Source: the human T2T-CHM13v2.0 reference genome, Homo sapiens
Length of the DNA: 64,000 bases
Assembly: GCF_009914755.1 (NCBI RefSeq)
Contig: NC_060928.1
Reading direction: 5' to 3' (one strand)
Part shown: positions 16,580 through 30,180 of the stretch, piece by piece
Layout: each line of letters begins with the position of its first letter
Numbering within the stretch: position 1 is the first letter of the stretch
The notes under the pieces: generated by a model
Database searches by the model: none
Told to the model about the DNA's origin: nothing
Seen by the model: the letters and a program-made list of their open reading frames with translations, nothing else
Translations under genes and position numbers: made by a program

Positions 16580-16856
16580 AGGTTGGACACGGTGGCTCAC
16601 ACCTGTAATCCCAGCACTTTGGGAGGCCAAGGTGGGCAGATTGCTTGAGCCCGGGACCAGCCTGGGCAACATGGCAAAACCCCATCTCTACAAAAAATAT
16701 GAAAATTAGATGCATGCCTATGGTTACAGCTACTTAGGAGGCTGAAATGGGAGGATCACTTGAGCCCAGGAGGTTGAGGCTGCAGTGAGCTGAGATTGCA
16801 CCATTGCACTTCAGCTGGGGTGACAAAGCGAGGCCCTGTCTCAAAAAAAGGAAAAA
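16580..16856 (+). mobile_element. AluJ-like element
   Basis: Alu dimer motifs. Confidence 0.85.
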
Positions 16857-17209
16857 ATCACCTAAGAATGTGCAGGGTGAGAAGAAAAATGAGCCCATGA
16901 CTGAGTCTTTGGAACATTTAAGGATCTGACTAAAGAAAAGGGACACACAAGGAGTTGTGAAAAAGTGTAGAACGAGTACAAAGAAAAGTGTGTGGCAGAT
17001 ACACAAGGCCCTGCTTTTACCGAAACTGTCTTTCTCATTGTAGCATACTTTGTACCTGATAATCATTTGGATATCTATTAAATGAGTAACTTTAGATATG
17101 ATCCCACTTAATTTTATCTTAGGAATGAGAAAAGTAAAGCCCAAAATTATGTAATTTGTGTAACTAAGGTATTTTCTTTATCTTTTTAAAAATTTTCACT
17201 ACGATATAG

Positions 17210-17555
<346 letters not shown>

Positions 17556-19039
17556 TGAATTTATTTCTACTTACCCTTCTCAGGACTCATTATGCTTCCT
17601 GAATCTGGATACATGTCTTTCTTTGAGTCAAGAAAATTCTCAACAATTATATTTTAAATGATTACATTTTGTACATTCTTTCCTCCTGGAATGCCTATTA
17701 GATGTGTGTAGAGGTTTTTCATTCTATCCTCCATCCCTCATAATTTATCATATTTTTATTACCTCATCTCCATACTGCCTTCTGGGTAATGCCTCAAATC
17801 TATTTTTCAGTTTGCAAATTCTCTCCTTAGCCATGTTTAGCCTGCTATTTAACCTGTGACTGAGATTTTCGTTTCAATATTAAACTTTTCATTTCTGGAA
17901 GTGTTCTATCTTTTAAAAAATTATTTTTCAAATCAGCCTGGTCTTCTGGGAGCAATATTTTTTACCTTTTAATGTTTTATTTTCTGTCTTTAATTATGTA
18001 TTTCCTTTCTATATTTTGGCCTCTAGCCAAAACATCTATTTACTGAGGCTCTTGAAATCTAATCAAGCTGTTTGGATGTTTCCTCATGGGTAGTTATCTT
18101 CTCATGTTTGTGACTGTTGATGAGAACTCTGAGGCCTGGGTTTAGGGTATGTCCCTCCAGACAGGCTCTGCTTTACTTCTGTTGGGTACCCTAGGATTTC
18201 ACCATCCTGAGATCACATGTTGTGTCAATTTCTTAGGCTGGGTACACCTAGGCCACGCTACTATTATAAATTCTAACTTCAAACCTGCGTGAAGACAGGC
18301 CTATAGAGTGGGAGACAGAGAAATACTTAACAACCAGCTAGCTCTCTTGAGAAAAGCCCTGATTTGAAGCATTTGTCAATTGTTTTGCAAATATTTACAT
18401 AATTGCTGATTTTAAGCAGCCAACTTAAGGCACTGAAGGAGGAGTTAGGAAGAAATGTGCACTTTCAGCTCTTGCAAACTACCACAAGCCATGGCTGCTA
18501 ATTTCCCTCTGTTCCTAGTTCTTTCCACCAGGCCTCAGAATTGCAGTTCACTTGCATATTAGACTCCAAGAGGGCATCACAAACACCTTACACTCAACCA
18601 TCTAAAACCCGAGTCTCAAACATGGCACTTTGCCTATGTGTTCTCTATCTCAGTTAATGTCATGCCCATTCATCCAGTTTTCCAAATTAAAGCCTAATTT
18701 TTTCTTGAATTATCTCTCTCCTTCTCCACAAATGTACCTTCTCTCAACTTCTATTTCTTCTCTCATATAAGCTGCCACTATTTTCCACTGGCATTATCAT
18801 CATAGCCTCCTAGTTTGACTCCCTGGCTGGCCTTTATTCATCTGTATCCATTTGTCCAGGGCTTCTGGACCTGCCTTTCTGAGTCTTAAATCTGGAGATG
18901 TCACTTCCCTGCACAGAAAGCTTAGCTAACTTTCTGCTGTCAGCAAAATTAAGGTCCAAGTGCTTTTCATGCAATAGAAGCCCTAAATAATTTGCCCTAC
19001 TACCCACTTTTCCATAGCTTGTTTCCTGTCCCTGCAACT

Positions 19040-19358
19040 TTGTTTTTTGTTTGTTTTTTGTTTTTTTTGACACGGAGTCTCGCTCTGTCACCCAGGTTGG
19101 AGTGCAGTGGTGGGATCTCGATCTTGGCTCACTTCAACCTCCACCTCCCGGGTTCAGGTGATTCTCCTGCCTCAGCGTCCTGAGTAGCTGGGATTACAGG
19201 TGCCTGCCACCACGCCTGGCTAATATTTGTATTTATAGTAGAGACAAGGTTTCACCATGTTTCAACATGTTTCACCATGTTGCTCAGACTGGTCTGGAAC
19301 TCCTGACCTCAACCTCCCAAAGTGCTGGGACTGCAGGTGTGAGCCACTGTGCCTGGCC
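19040..19358 (-). mobile_element. Alu, antisense, with internal 10-mer triplication
   Basis: ttcaccatgt-ttcaacatgt-ttcaccatgt at 19251-19280; flanks tgtccctgc(a/c)acttt. Confidence 0.85.
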
Positions 19359-22300
19359 TGTCCCTGCCACTTTGTATCCACTCTCTGTTTCCAACATGGA
19401 AGTGATGTACTTCCATGAGTTTGCTCAAGGTGTTCTCCTGCCCTGGAATGGCCTTTGCCTTTCTTCACATGTTGAAGTCTAGTGCTTCCCAGTTAATGAT
19501 GCTTAGACTCCACATCTAGGATTCATCATTCCCGTTTCTATTTGAACCTAAATATATGAAGTTCATCATAGAGTGCCTTGCATTGCAGTTGACTTACACT
19601 TAGAGCTTCAAGGTCTTTGAGAACACAAAACATACCTTAGACATGGTTAATGTTCTCTATCATTCCTACTGCCTAGCAAAACTTTGGGAGATTAATATAC
19701 AGTTGTTAAATTGAGTGGTTATAATACAGTGTTACCAAAAGAACTCTGAAAGTTTAGGAGTCAATGTCTACTAATTACAGACAACTATAAAATAATAGAA
19801 GAAAAAATATATATAATATATATTCCAAAATATCAGTTTTTTTTAAGTTGTTTATATTTGGTCAGCTGTTAGGAGAGAGCCTAAGCAAGTATGATAAAAA
19901 TGCTCAGGACCAATTCTTAATCCCCCATATCCAGCCCCCATTAAGTCAGGCACTGTTTTGCAGATGTAGTGGGGGAAAGCAGTGACCTTCTCCTCTGTCC
20001 CCTAGTCAATATTCTAGACAAGGCAGGGCAATGGATAGCAATGACAGGTGCTGGTGAGCAGCAGCTTTGGGTAATAATTCCCAGATCTCTTGAATGGCAA
20101 GACCAGTTCAATATTGGGAGTAAGAAAAGATGTACAAAACATAAAATTATTAACAGACCACGGTTCATCAGCATTCTTTACAATTCTACCAGTACCAGTT
20201 AGTGAGCAAGAGGTTGTTTCTATGATTTGATTCCTGCATAATGGACAAGAAGTTTATAATTATTTCAAGAAAAATCTATCTTTGAAAGTTTCAAAATAAC
20301 ACTTTCTAAAATAAGAAATGTTAATGCTTATCAACTTTGTATGGTGTGACAGAAAATGAAATAGTCCAAACCCAAACCAATTAGTAGAGTCCAATTTTAA
20401 TAAAATTTCTTTTTCTTTCATCTGTTTTTGCTATTGACTGTGTAGTCTGGTTACTCAACAAGAGGTAATTTTTCAGTAGTGAGCCTTGAAACATATCACT
20501 GGAGTTTTTTTTTATGTTTAGATCAAATAAATTCTCAGTTTAATATCCTGCTAGAGCTTTGTAGATATTGTTTTCTCCTCTTCAGTTTATCAGATGACAA
20601 ATGCCTCCTGATACAAGACTTTCTGCCATACAAAGATAGTTGTGTGAAATCCCCAGGAAAGGCTTCAAAAACATGCACCGAAAACAAGTTGAAATGTTAG
20701 GTTAAAGAATAGATGAAAACAAGGATGGGACTGATCAAAGAATAGAAGATTAGTAGGGAAAAGAGAGAGTGAAAACAATCTTCCCGTTAAAGCAAACTTT
20801 TGTTAAGCCTTGAAGAAATCTGTAGAAAGCGGAGCCCCTCTGGTACAGACTTGGAGATAACAGGAAAGGAGGGCCTGGAATAAATGAAACCTCAGTTGAC
20901 ACCTTGTTGGTAAGGACTAGGCAATTGAATCATATGATTTGAGAGCCGATGAGCTGGTACCTTTACAAAGCTGATTGCTGTATGAGATCTGACGTGTTAT
21001 CAGAGCAAACAGGATAGGCCGGGGAGAGTCATGCGAGGACACGAGGAATCACAGCTTCAAAAATGCGGCAGGAGGTTTGGATGCAACAGCTACACACAGA
21101 TCAACTTTGAGATGCCAAGATGATCTCAGCACAGGAGCTAGATTAGTTACAAGGCACAGAAAGTTATATTTTACATAGCTACCTGTTAGCTCTATGTGTA
21201 TTTGGTAATGGTTAAGATCATCTCTAGGTATGGAAAGCTGGTCGTCCTTGATGATAGATGATGCTGTTAGCAATTGCTTGTTTTGTGGAAAAACTGAATG
21301 TAGCCCATACTTCCCCTTGGCCACATGAGTTTGAGGCTGCAATCCAGGAATATGGGCTACCTGCTTAGGGCTACCTTGAACTCTTATTACCTGAAGCTAA
21401 CACAGTAAAGCCTTGGACTTGGAAATACCACCTAGAAAGTTATTGGATAACTAATGCTCCTTTTTTTTTAACCATTTCATAGAAATGGCCTTATTACTTA
21501 GGGACCCCTTCAGTTGCAACTTGAACTAGCTTGGCTAAAAGAAGAAGATTTAATAGCTCATATAACCAGCTAGGTGAGGAGTGTTGTTGGAAAGGACCAG
21601 AACAGGGTCTTGGTGTTGCCTGCACTTTCTCTTTTCCCCTCTCATCTCCTTTAATTCAGCTTTTATTTTTGGCTTTTTTCTCCCAGGCTGGGTGATATCA
21701 TGAAATGAACCATAATTAGTAGCAGTTTCTGAGCTCACAATTTCCCAGCTTCTTAACTAGAGAGGAAAGGGCTCTTCCCCATGGCTCTTATTACAAAAAA
21801 AAAAAAAAAAAAAAAATCACAGGGAAGGATCCCAAGTGGCCAGGGTGGATCACGCTCCACCTCCAAATCAGTCACTGAGGGTAGAATATTGGTTCGTGGC
21901 ATCACATCGAATGCAAAATTTAACTTTCACAATTCAATTATGAGAATTAAATGAGGGAAAAACAAAAGAGAGATTGAATGAATGATATGTGAGCCAGGAA
22001 ATATGAATCTGCAGCTACCAAGGTCAGCCTCAACTCCCTGTGCTTGTCATGGCCTGAGCATCTGGAAGAAAGATCAGAGGGTTCTTTCTTATACTCTGAC
22101 CCCAAAGCCAGCCACTCCGCCTGGAAATCAGCTATTCCCCTACTGGGGAAAGAATGTCATTGTGGCCTTGATGAAAAGAGATTATTTTATTGTTATAGGT
22201 ATTTAAAGGATTTTCAAGGGCAAATATACTTACTTATAAATGAATTTCTCCCCACAAACTGATAATAAAATCTAAGCCCTGCTTAGGGCTACCTTGAACT

Positions 22301-23016
22301 CTTGTTAAGATGGGCTCAGAGTGGATATGGGAGGCTCATCCCTAAGCTATCACTGACAACTTGGAAGTGGGGTCCTGTAGGAAGGGAGCAGCTTCCATTT
22401 GGACTTTATGGTAGGAGCCATTGGAGGTGTGATTCCTCCAACAACGGAGGGCCTATTTCCCAGAAGAATAGGGGAACAGTGCTGGGAGCAAAATAATTGA
22501 GATAAACAACATTGGACTCACTACAGAGGCGTCCACCGAGGGTGTAAGTGTCTCTAAGTGCCCTCCTCCATTTTGACATTCATGGGTCCACTTCCCCTCA
22601 GCTCCTCCCTGTGGCTTCCTGGTCCCATTGAGAGACCAGGATCACTTTTGTCATTGTCCAATTTACTTTCACTTCATTCTCAAAGTACTGCCTGCTCTAA
22701 GGTTCTTGTGTCTCAATGTTCCTCCCACTCAAACTGTTACTCAGCTACAAAACATATTTATCTCTGATACTGTGTTGCCCTCTCCACACAGAACCAGGCC
22801 AAAATTCCCTAGGGGACAAGGGAGGGCCTCAACCCACGCTGCCTCCTCTTCACCAATCCCCAGACAGCATCCCTAGCCCAGGCTTGTGCACCTCCTCTTT
22901 GCCCACCTAGTATATTTATTGGAATTTAGGGTTTATTTCCTAAATGCATGGAGATCTTAGCCCCTGGAGGCCACCATGCCATCTCAGTTTTCTAACAATC
23001 ATCCGTCTCCAGGTAA

Positions 23017-23131
23017 GATTGCCAGGTGAAATATTTGAAACATCTTTTTACTAAAAACGTATTTGTTGTTCATCTGAAATTCAAATGTAACTGGATGTCT
23101 TGTATTTTTATTTGCTATGTCTAACAACTCT
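23017..23131. mobile_element. MER53-like DNA transposon relic
   Basis: atctgaaattcaaatgtaactggatgtcttgtatttttatttgcta. Confidence 0.6.
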
Positions 23132-23595
23132 ACCAGTGAGGCTTCCATAAATATGACCTCTGCCTGGCTGGTCCACCAGGCCACCCAGACATTCCTGAGC
23201 AGGTTTTAATATGCTTGAGTTCACCATGAGCAGACAAGCCAGGCCCTCACTGATTTGGAGTATCCAGACTTTTGTGCCAAGTGTATAAATGTAATATTGG
23301 GAATTAGTAAGTGTTTTAAGAGTGGTATACTTTTTGGACACAGAAAATAATCTTTCGTTTTATCCATCATTAGTTAGTTATTAAAGAGTAATTAATGTTG
23401 TTAGAAATGGACTTTTTTATTCTGTAAAATAGACTTAATTATATAAAGCAAGTATAATCAACAGGCCATGTTGCTTTTAGATACAAATCAGCTAAGAACA
23501 ATGTTCCAGTCAGCTCTCCTGTTTGACGGATCTCTATTAAAAGCAAACCTTCCAGCTTCCTTTCAACAAAAGTGGCCAAAACAAACATGTCTGTA

Positions 23596-23920
23596 CAATA
23601 GTCCCCCCTTATCCTCAGGGAATATGTCCTAAGACCCCAGTGGATGTCTGAATCTGTGGGTAGTACTGAACCCTATATATATCTACTATGTTTTTTCTAT
23701 AAATACATACCTCTTACAAAGTTTAATTTATAAATTAGTTGCAGTAAAATATTAACAACAGTAACTGGTAATAAAATAGGACAATTATGACAATATGCCA
23801 GCATCACTACTGTTGCACTTTGGGGCCATTATTAAATGAAATATTAATTGAACACAAGCACTGGAATACTGAGACAGTTGATCTGATTACTGAGCCTGCC
23901 TACTCAGTGACTAATGGCTG
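23596..23920. mobile_element. MER44/Tigger7-like DNA transposon fragment
   Basis: Starts after TA with caatagtccccccttatcc; contains atgccagcatcactac...ttggggccattatta. Confidence 0.7.
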
Positions 23921-23937
23921 CCTGTCTACACTACCTA

Positions 23938-24182
<245 letters not shown>

Positions 24183-24204
24183 TTAAAGAAACTGGGGCCA
24201 AGAG

Positions 24205-24292
24205 CCACCCTGCAGTCTGCTATGACCATGCCTACATGCCTATGAATAGCCACTGCACTCCAGCCTGGACAATGTAACATCTCTAAAAAAAT
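24205..24292 (+). mobile_element. FAM/7SL-derived fragment
   Basis: Diagnostic tgaatagccactgcactccagcctgg. Confidence 0.6.
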
Positions 24293-25684
24293 TTTTTCTA
24301 ACAAAATACAAAAGAAAGAAATCAACATAAAACGGTACATAACTTGCTTTTTTCACATAAAAATATAACATGAAAATTTAAAATAGTTGCATAGTATTTA
24401 TTCTATTATGTAAATAAAAAACAATTTACTCAACCAGTTGCATATTGTTGGATACTTAGGTTGTTTCTAATTTTTCTTCTACCAGTCTTATACGTTGTAC
24501 TTAAATTGTCTGCAAGTCAGATGATTTCTGTAAATAGGCAAAATACATAATTTATAATAAAGTATTTTTATTATTAAACTGAAAAAGTTCTATTTCACTA
24601 GTAGTTAAATAAGCACAAAATATGAAACTTTTAAAACAGCATATTGACAAAGATTCTTAAGGTAGCAGTACTTACTTCTGGAAATGCAATGGAAGAAGCC
24701 CTCAAACACCTTTGAGGGTGCTGAGGTACTGAATACAACTTCTGTGTATGCTTATTGCTTTTCTGCCTACTCAACATCCATTTTTCCTCTTTCTGTTAAC
24801 AGCACCCACTATTCCTCTGAGGAATCCCTTCCCCAAATTTGAGTTGATGTGTCTTGAGTGGGGATGAGACCACTCCCTTGCTTGAGTGAAAGCATTCCAT
24901 CCTATGGCCACAATGATTGGTTGAAGGATGGGTACACTTCTCTTGCCTATTTTCTATTTAATTTTTAAATTTAAATGCTTCTACTCTTAAAAAGCCTCCT
25001 AGCTTCCTTTCAAGAAAAGTGGCCAAAACAAACATTAGTGTACAATAGTTCTCCCTTATTAATCCCAAGTTAACCCCAGGACTTTTATGAGAACTCCTGG
25101 AAGTAGGTGCTCTCTTTCCATGATTGTTTCTATGGTAGGATATATCCAAATTGATTGTATCCTTGCCACTGTAACATAATAGCATATATCTGAATCTTTT
25201 CCAGTACTGAAAAATGGCATCTAATTGCTTCAATTTAATTGCTCTGGATACTAGTGAATGTGACTATTTTCATAAACATGTTGGCTGCTTGCATCTCTTT
25301 TGTGATCTTGTGTCTATTCATGTCATTTGCCTCTTTTCCTATAAAATAACACAATAAAACTTATAAATTAATCATAAATTTTCTCTTAATTTCTTAAATG
25401 ATGTTTTTACTATAACAAAGTTGAAAGTTTTTATGTATCCATATCTACTGAGCTCCCCATTATGATTTCTTCTGTTACTTTTTTGCTTAGAAAAATTTTC
25501 CATATCCAAAGATGAGATAAACACTTGCCAATCTTTTTCTCTAGTATTTTGTTGCATTATTATTATTATAATAGTTAACCCTTTAATCTACTTGGAATTA
25601 GCTTTGGTATACACTGTGCCACAAAGCTCTAAATTTATTTTTCCCCAAATAGCTAGCTTAATTTCATCTTCCTTCCTTCCTTAA

Positions 25685-25972
<288 letters not shown>

Positions 25973-26198
25973 ATATTTTCTAAGTACTATGTTATCTCTC
26001 CCTTTTACATATTGTTTCCCCCTTGGGAAAAGAATACTTCACTTCACCAGTGTCACCACACCAGTGTCATCACACCTGGAGAATGGGCTTAAACCTAATC
26101 CTGGGGTTTTCTCATACATAGTGAGGAAGATGAGAAAGAAGGGGAGGCCAGAGCACCTGTTTTCTTTACAATGACAATCACCCCATCAGCAGGAGTGA

Positions 26199-26640
<442 letters not shown>

Positions 26641-28239
26641 TGAGAGGAGGTAGTTGGATGAGTTGAGTTGGTCTGCCTCTAATTACTGCTTATTTAATGT
26701 GATTGTGAATTTTAATATCATTAACATGATGAGGGTTTCTGAGGCAAATAGGAGTGGTGCCTGCACAGTTGGCTTCAGCTGGATCCCTTGCCATTTGTGT
26801 TCTTGGCTTATCTCATTCTGTGGTTTCAAGACTGTGAAGGCTCAGCAGTGCCTTCCCTCCTTATCTTGTCTGTTTCTCCACACATCTTCCCTGGGTCTAC
26901 TAATGTAACGGTTGGGTAGCATGGATCATTGTATATCTGAATATCTTTCTTTTTACCTACATAAGGTGACATGTCAACTTAAAATATTTTTGGTCACAAC
27001 CCACTTCCTTTAAAGTTTAGCTCACTGAAGTTTTTTTTTCTGGGTTTAGTGTTTTGGAAAAGTGTAAGGGTACATTATCCTCCTAGATTCTTGCAAAAGC
27101 TCTGCCCTCGTGGAATTTACAGTCCAAAAGAGAAAAAATAAATTATTTGTGATGAAGAGTGCAATATGCTTTGCATTTGCAAAGTCTTACTTTTCATAGT
27201 CTCCATCATCTTCATGAGATTTGGGGAGGAGGAAAGGCTCAGCCCACCCTTGGGTAATAGAAGTCACTCTGTGCCAGGACAGGAGTTAGGGAAAAGTTCC
27301 CAGATAGAAGAATTCACTATATCTTGGCTCCTTGTGAAAGCAACCCTGGGCTAAGACTGAGCCTTGATTTCATTCTAGAAATTCCTGTTGGTTTTTACAA
27401 CTCAACTGACTATCACTTTATGGTCACCCCCAGGGAGCTAGATGCCTCCTTAACAGGCCCCACCTGGTTGGTAAGCAGCGAAATTATTTTCCTTTCTACA
27501 TGCCATCTAGTGACTGACTTAAAAGTTGTTGCATCTCCATTCCTAAGAGCTCTGCTTTTGAATTGTTTTGGGATAAACCTGTCTCAAGCAGGGAATCTCA
27601 GCACTTTATTTCTTTTCAGTCCTTTAATCCTAATGCCAGGGCCTTACTCATAAAGCTTCGTAAATCTGTGGCCACTGAAATATCCTCTCTCCACCTGCCA
27701 ATAACTTCTTAAACACACATTTTTCATGGAAATTGTTATTAGCCAAGCTCTTCTCTGCCCTCTTTAGGGACACATCGCCGTGCAGATTCAGCCAGGTACT
27801 TGTGGGTTCGGTTGATAAGACTGAGAATTCCTCGTTCCTCAGTTTCCTCGTTTGTAAAAATCGAGCTTGTAAAAATGGTATCTATCTCACGGCTTTGCTG
27901 TAAGAATCGAATGAAATAATGCACACGCACTTGCACAAAACCCGCTATATTATTATTACATTCTACTTTAAGACTGAAAATCATGCAAAAAATTGTTTGC
28001 AAATTCAAGCCAGATATCGTGTCCTGCTTACTAGAGAATCGCTCATATTAAGTCAAGCACCCCTCTTAGGGCTGCAGGCTATAGGAACAGTTTCTGCCAT
28101 GAGCGTGCATCGATGAGGTTATCCACCCGCCCCCTCCACTTTGTGTGTCTGGGTCTCCAGATTTCATTATAAAGAGGCAGAGCCCATCAGAGAACTTGAT
28201 CGGCAGCCAGGAACGGTTTTTTCCTGCTCTGGTCCTTTG

Positions 28240-29500
28240 TCAGGTCTTTGTTCCGCCCCTGGCTACACTCGATAACAGAACCACTTACTGGCGATTCACA
28301 GGAGGGGACCGGGCGGCAGGGCGGGGCGGGGCCTGCGGGGCGCGGGGCCGCGGCGCGGAGCCGGCGCAGCGATTGGGTTCACCCGGGGGGCCGCGCTGCG
28401 CGGAGTGCCAGGCTGCGGGCGGCTGCAGACCTGGGAGCGGAGACCGGCCCGCCGCCCCCGACGCCGCCGAGCACGTCAGCGGCGCGCAGCCGGGGCTCGG
28501 AGACCGACGGGCAGAACGACGGGCGGCGACTGCGGCGACCGCGGGACGGCGAGAGGCACGCGGCGGGAGGGGACCGGAATCCGCAGCTCCGGCCGCGCCA
28601 TGGACGGCAACGACAACGTGACCCTGCTCTTCGCCCCTCTGCTGCGGGACAACTACACCCTGGCGCCCAATGCCAGCAGCCTGGGCCCCGGCACGGACCT
28701 CGCCCTCGCCCCTGCCTCCAGCGCCGGCCCCGGCCCTGGGCTCAGCCTCGGGCCGGGTCCGAGCTTCGGCTTCAGCCCCGGCCCCACTCCGACCCCGGAG
28801 CCCACGACCAGCGGCCTCGCGGGCGGCGCGGCGAGCCACGGCCCTTCCCCGTTCCCTCGGCCCTGGGCGCCCCACGCGCTCCCGTTCTGGGACACGCCGC
28901 TGAACCACGGGCTGAACGTGTTCGTGGGCGCCGCCCTGTGCATCACCATGCTGGGCCTGGGCTGCACGGTGGACGTGAACCACTTCGGGGCGCACGTCCG
29001 TCGGCCCGTGGGCGCGCTGCTGGCAGCGCTCTGCCAGTTCGGCCTCCTGCCGCTGCTGGCCTTCCTGCTGGCCCTCGCCTTCAAGCTGGACGAGGTGGCC
29101 GCCGTGGCGGTGCTCCTGTGTGGCTGCTGTCCCGGCGGCAATCTCTCCAATCTTATGTCCCTGCTGGTTGACGGCGACATGAACCTCAGGTACGGATCTG
29201 TCTATTCCTTGGGCATCTGTCTCATCCCAGACGCGCGTTTACGGCCGTGGGCTCACGACGAAGGACAGAGGCAGTGGAGGGGTTGGAATTAGGCGTGGAG
29301 GAAGGAGGAGAAAAGGAGAGGAAGTTGATGACGCCCCGGCTTTAGAAGTCAAGGCCGACCTGCAGGTTGTGCTGCTAGGGGAGCAAGCTAGACGGCGAGG
29401 GAGCTGCTCCAAGGCTGGGATTCCATGCGCAGCGCGGCCCTTCAGCAGGGTCCCTCGCCGTCCTCCCCGAGCGTCGGGGTGGCAGCGCAGGTCGTTGTCC
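28240..29500. promoter_or_regulatory. CpG island / SLC10A4 promoter and exon 1
   Basis: Very GC- and CpG-rich; clustered GC boxes at 28311-28347; inverted CCAAT (gattgg) at 28371-28376; CRE-like acgtca at 28473-28478. Confidence 0.85.
28600..29189 (+). CDS. SLC10A4: SLC10A4 coding exon 1 (orphan sodium/bile acid cotransporter family member 4)
   Basis: gcgccATGG Kozak context; MDGNDNVTLL...CQFGLLPL...GCCPGGNLSNLMSLLVDGDMNL (SBF-family motifs); donor AG|gtacgg; 590 nt. Confidence 0.97.
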
Positions 29501-29969
29501 AGTGGAAGACAAAGAGAAGGGGGAGTCTGAACTAGAACTCGCCGGCAACGTAAAAGTAAAATAGGGCTACTGGCCCGTCAGAGAAAGTAATCTCACATAG
29601 AGTGCAGGATTGTTGAGTCCGACCAACAAGTAGCAGTCAGCAGCTTTACCATGGCTTACCTTGCAGGGGGCTTGCAAGGAAGAACGTTCCTTCCCCTCAG
29701 AATCATCCAGGCTCAATAGACTTTATAATGTCGAGGGCAGCAGTACCGAGACAGGGGGCTTGTTTTTCCTCCCTGCCTTGGGTTCATAATTCCATCGGTG
29801 TTAGACGTGCTGCTCTCTTGGCACTCTCCTCGGATGTAGGTTCTGCCCAGACTTCAACCCCGGGACTTGCAGTCTCCCCGTTCCACCTCTACTCAACATA
29901 CAAGAAAAAGGTTAGCTGGCTGTTTGACTCAAAGCTCGTTCTGATTTCTGCACATTCCCTTTTCTGCAG

Positions 29970-30180
29970 CATCATCATGACCATCTCCTCCACGCTTCTG
30001 GCCCTCGTCTTGATGCCCCTGTGCCTGTGGATCTACAGCTGGGCTTGGATCAACACCCCTATCGTGCAGTTACTACCCCTAGGGACCGTGACCCTGACTC
30101 TCTGCAGCACTCTCATACCTATCGGGTTGGGCGTCTTCATTCGCTACAAATACAGCCGGGTGGCTGACTACATTGTGAAG
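29970..30180 (+). CDS. SLC10A4: SLC10A4 coding exon 2
   Basis: Acceptor ttttctgcag|C; (S)IIMTISST...VADYIVK; donor AAG|gtaagg; 211 nt, ends on a codon boundary. Confidence 0.97.

Noticed and set aside
28145-29180. Long overlapping and antisense ORFs over SLC10A4 exon 1, including a 65-codon GTG-initiated N-terminal extension
   Set aside because: Stop codons are depleted in very GC-rich DNA, products are low-complexity, and the ATG at 28600 has a strong Kozak context.
28240-29700. REST/RE1 site expected for a neuronal gene
   Set aside because: Only half-site-like ggacag/ctgtcc matches; no acceptable full consensus seen by eye.
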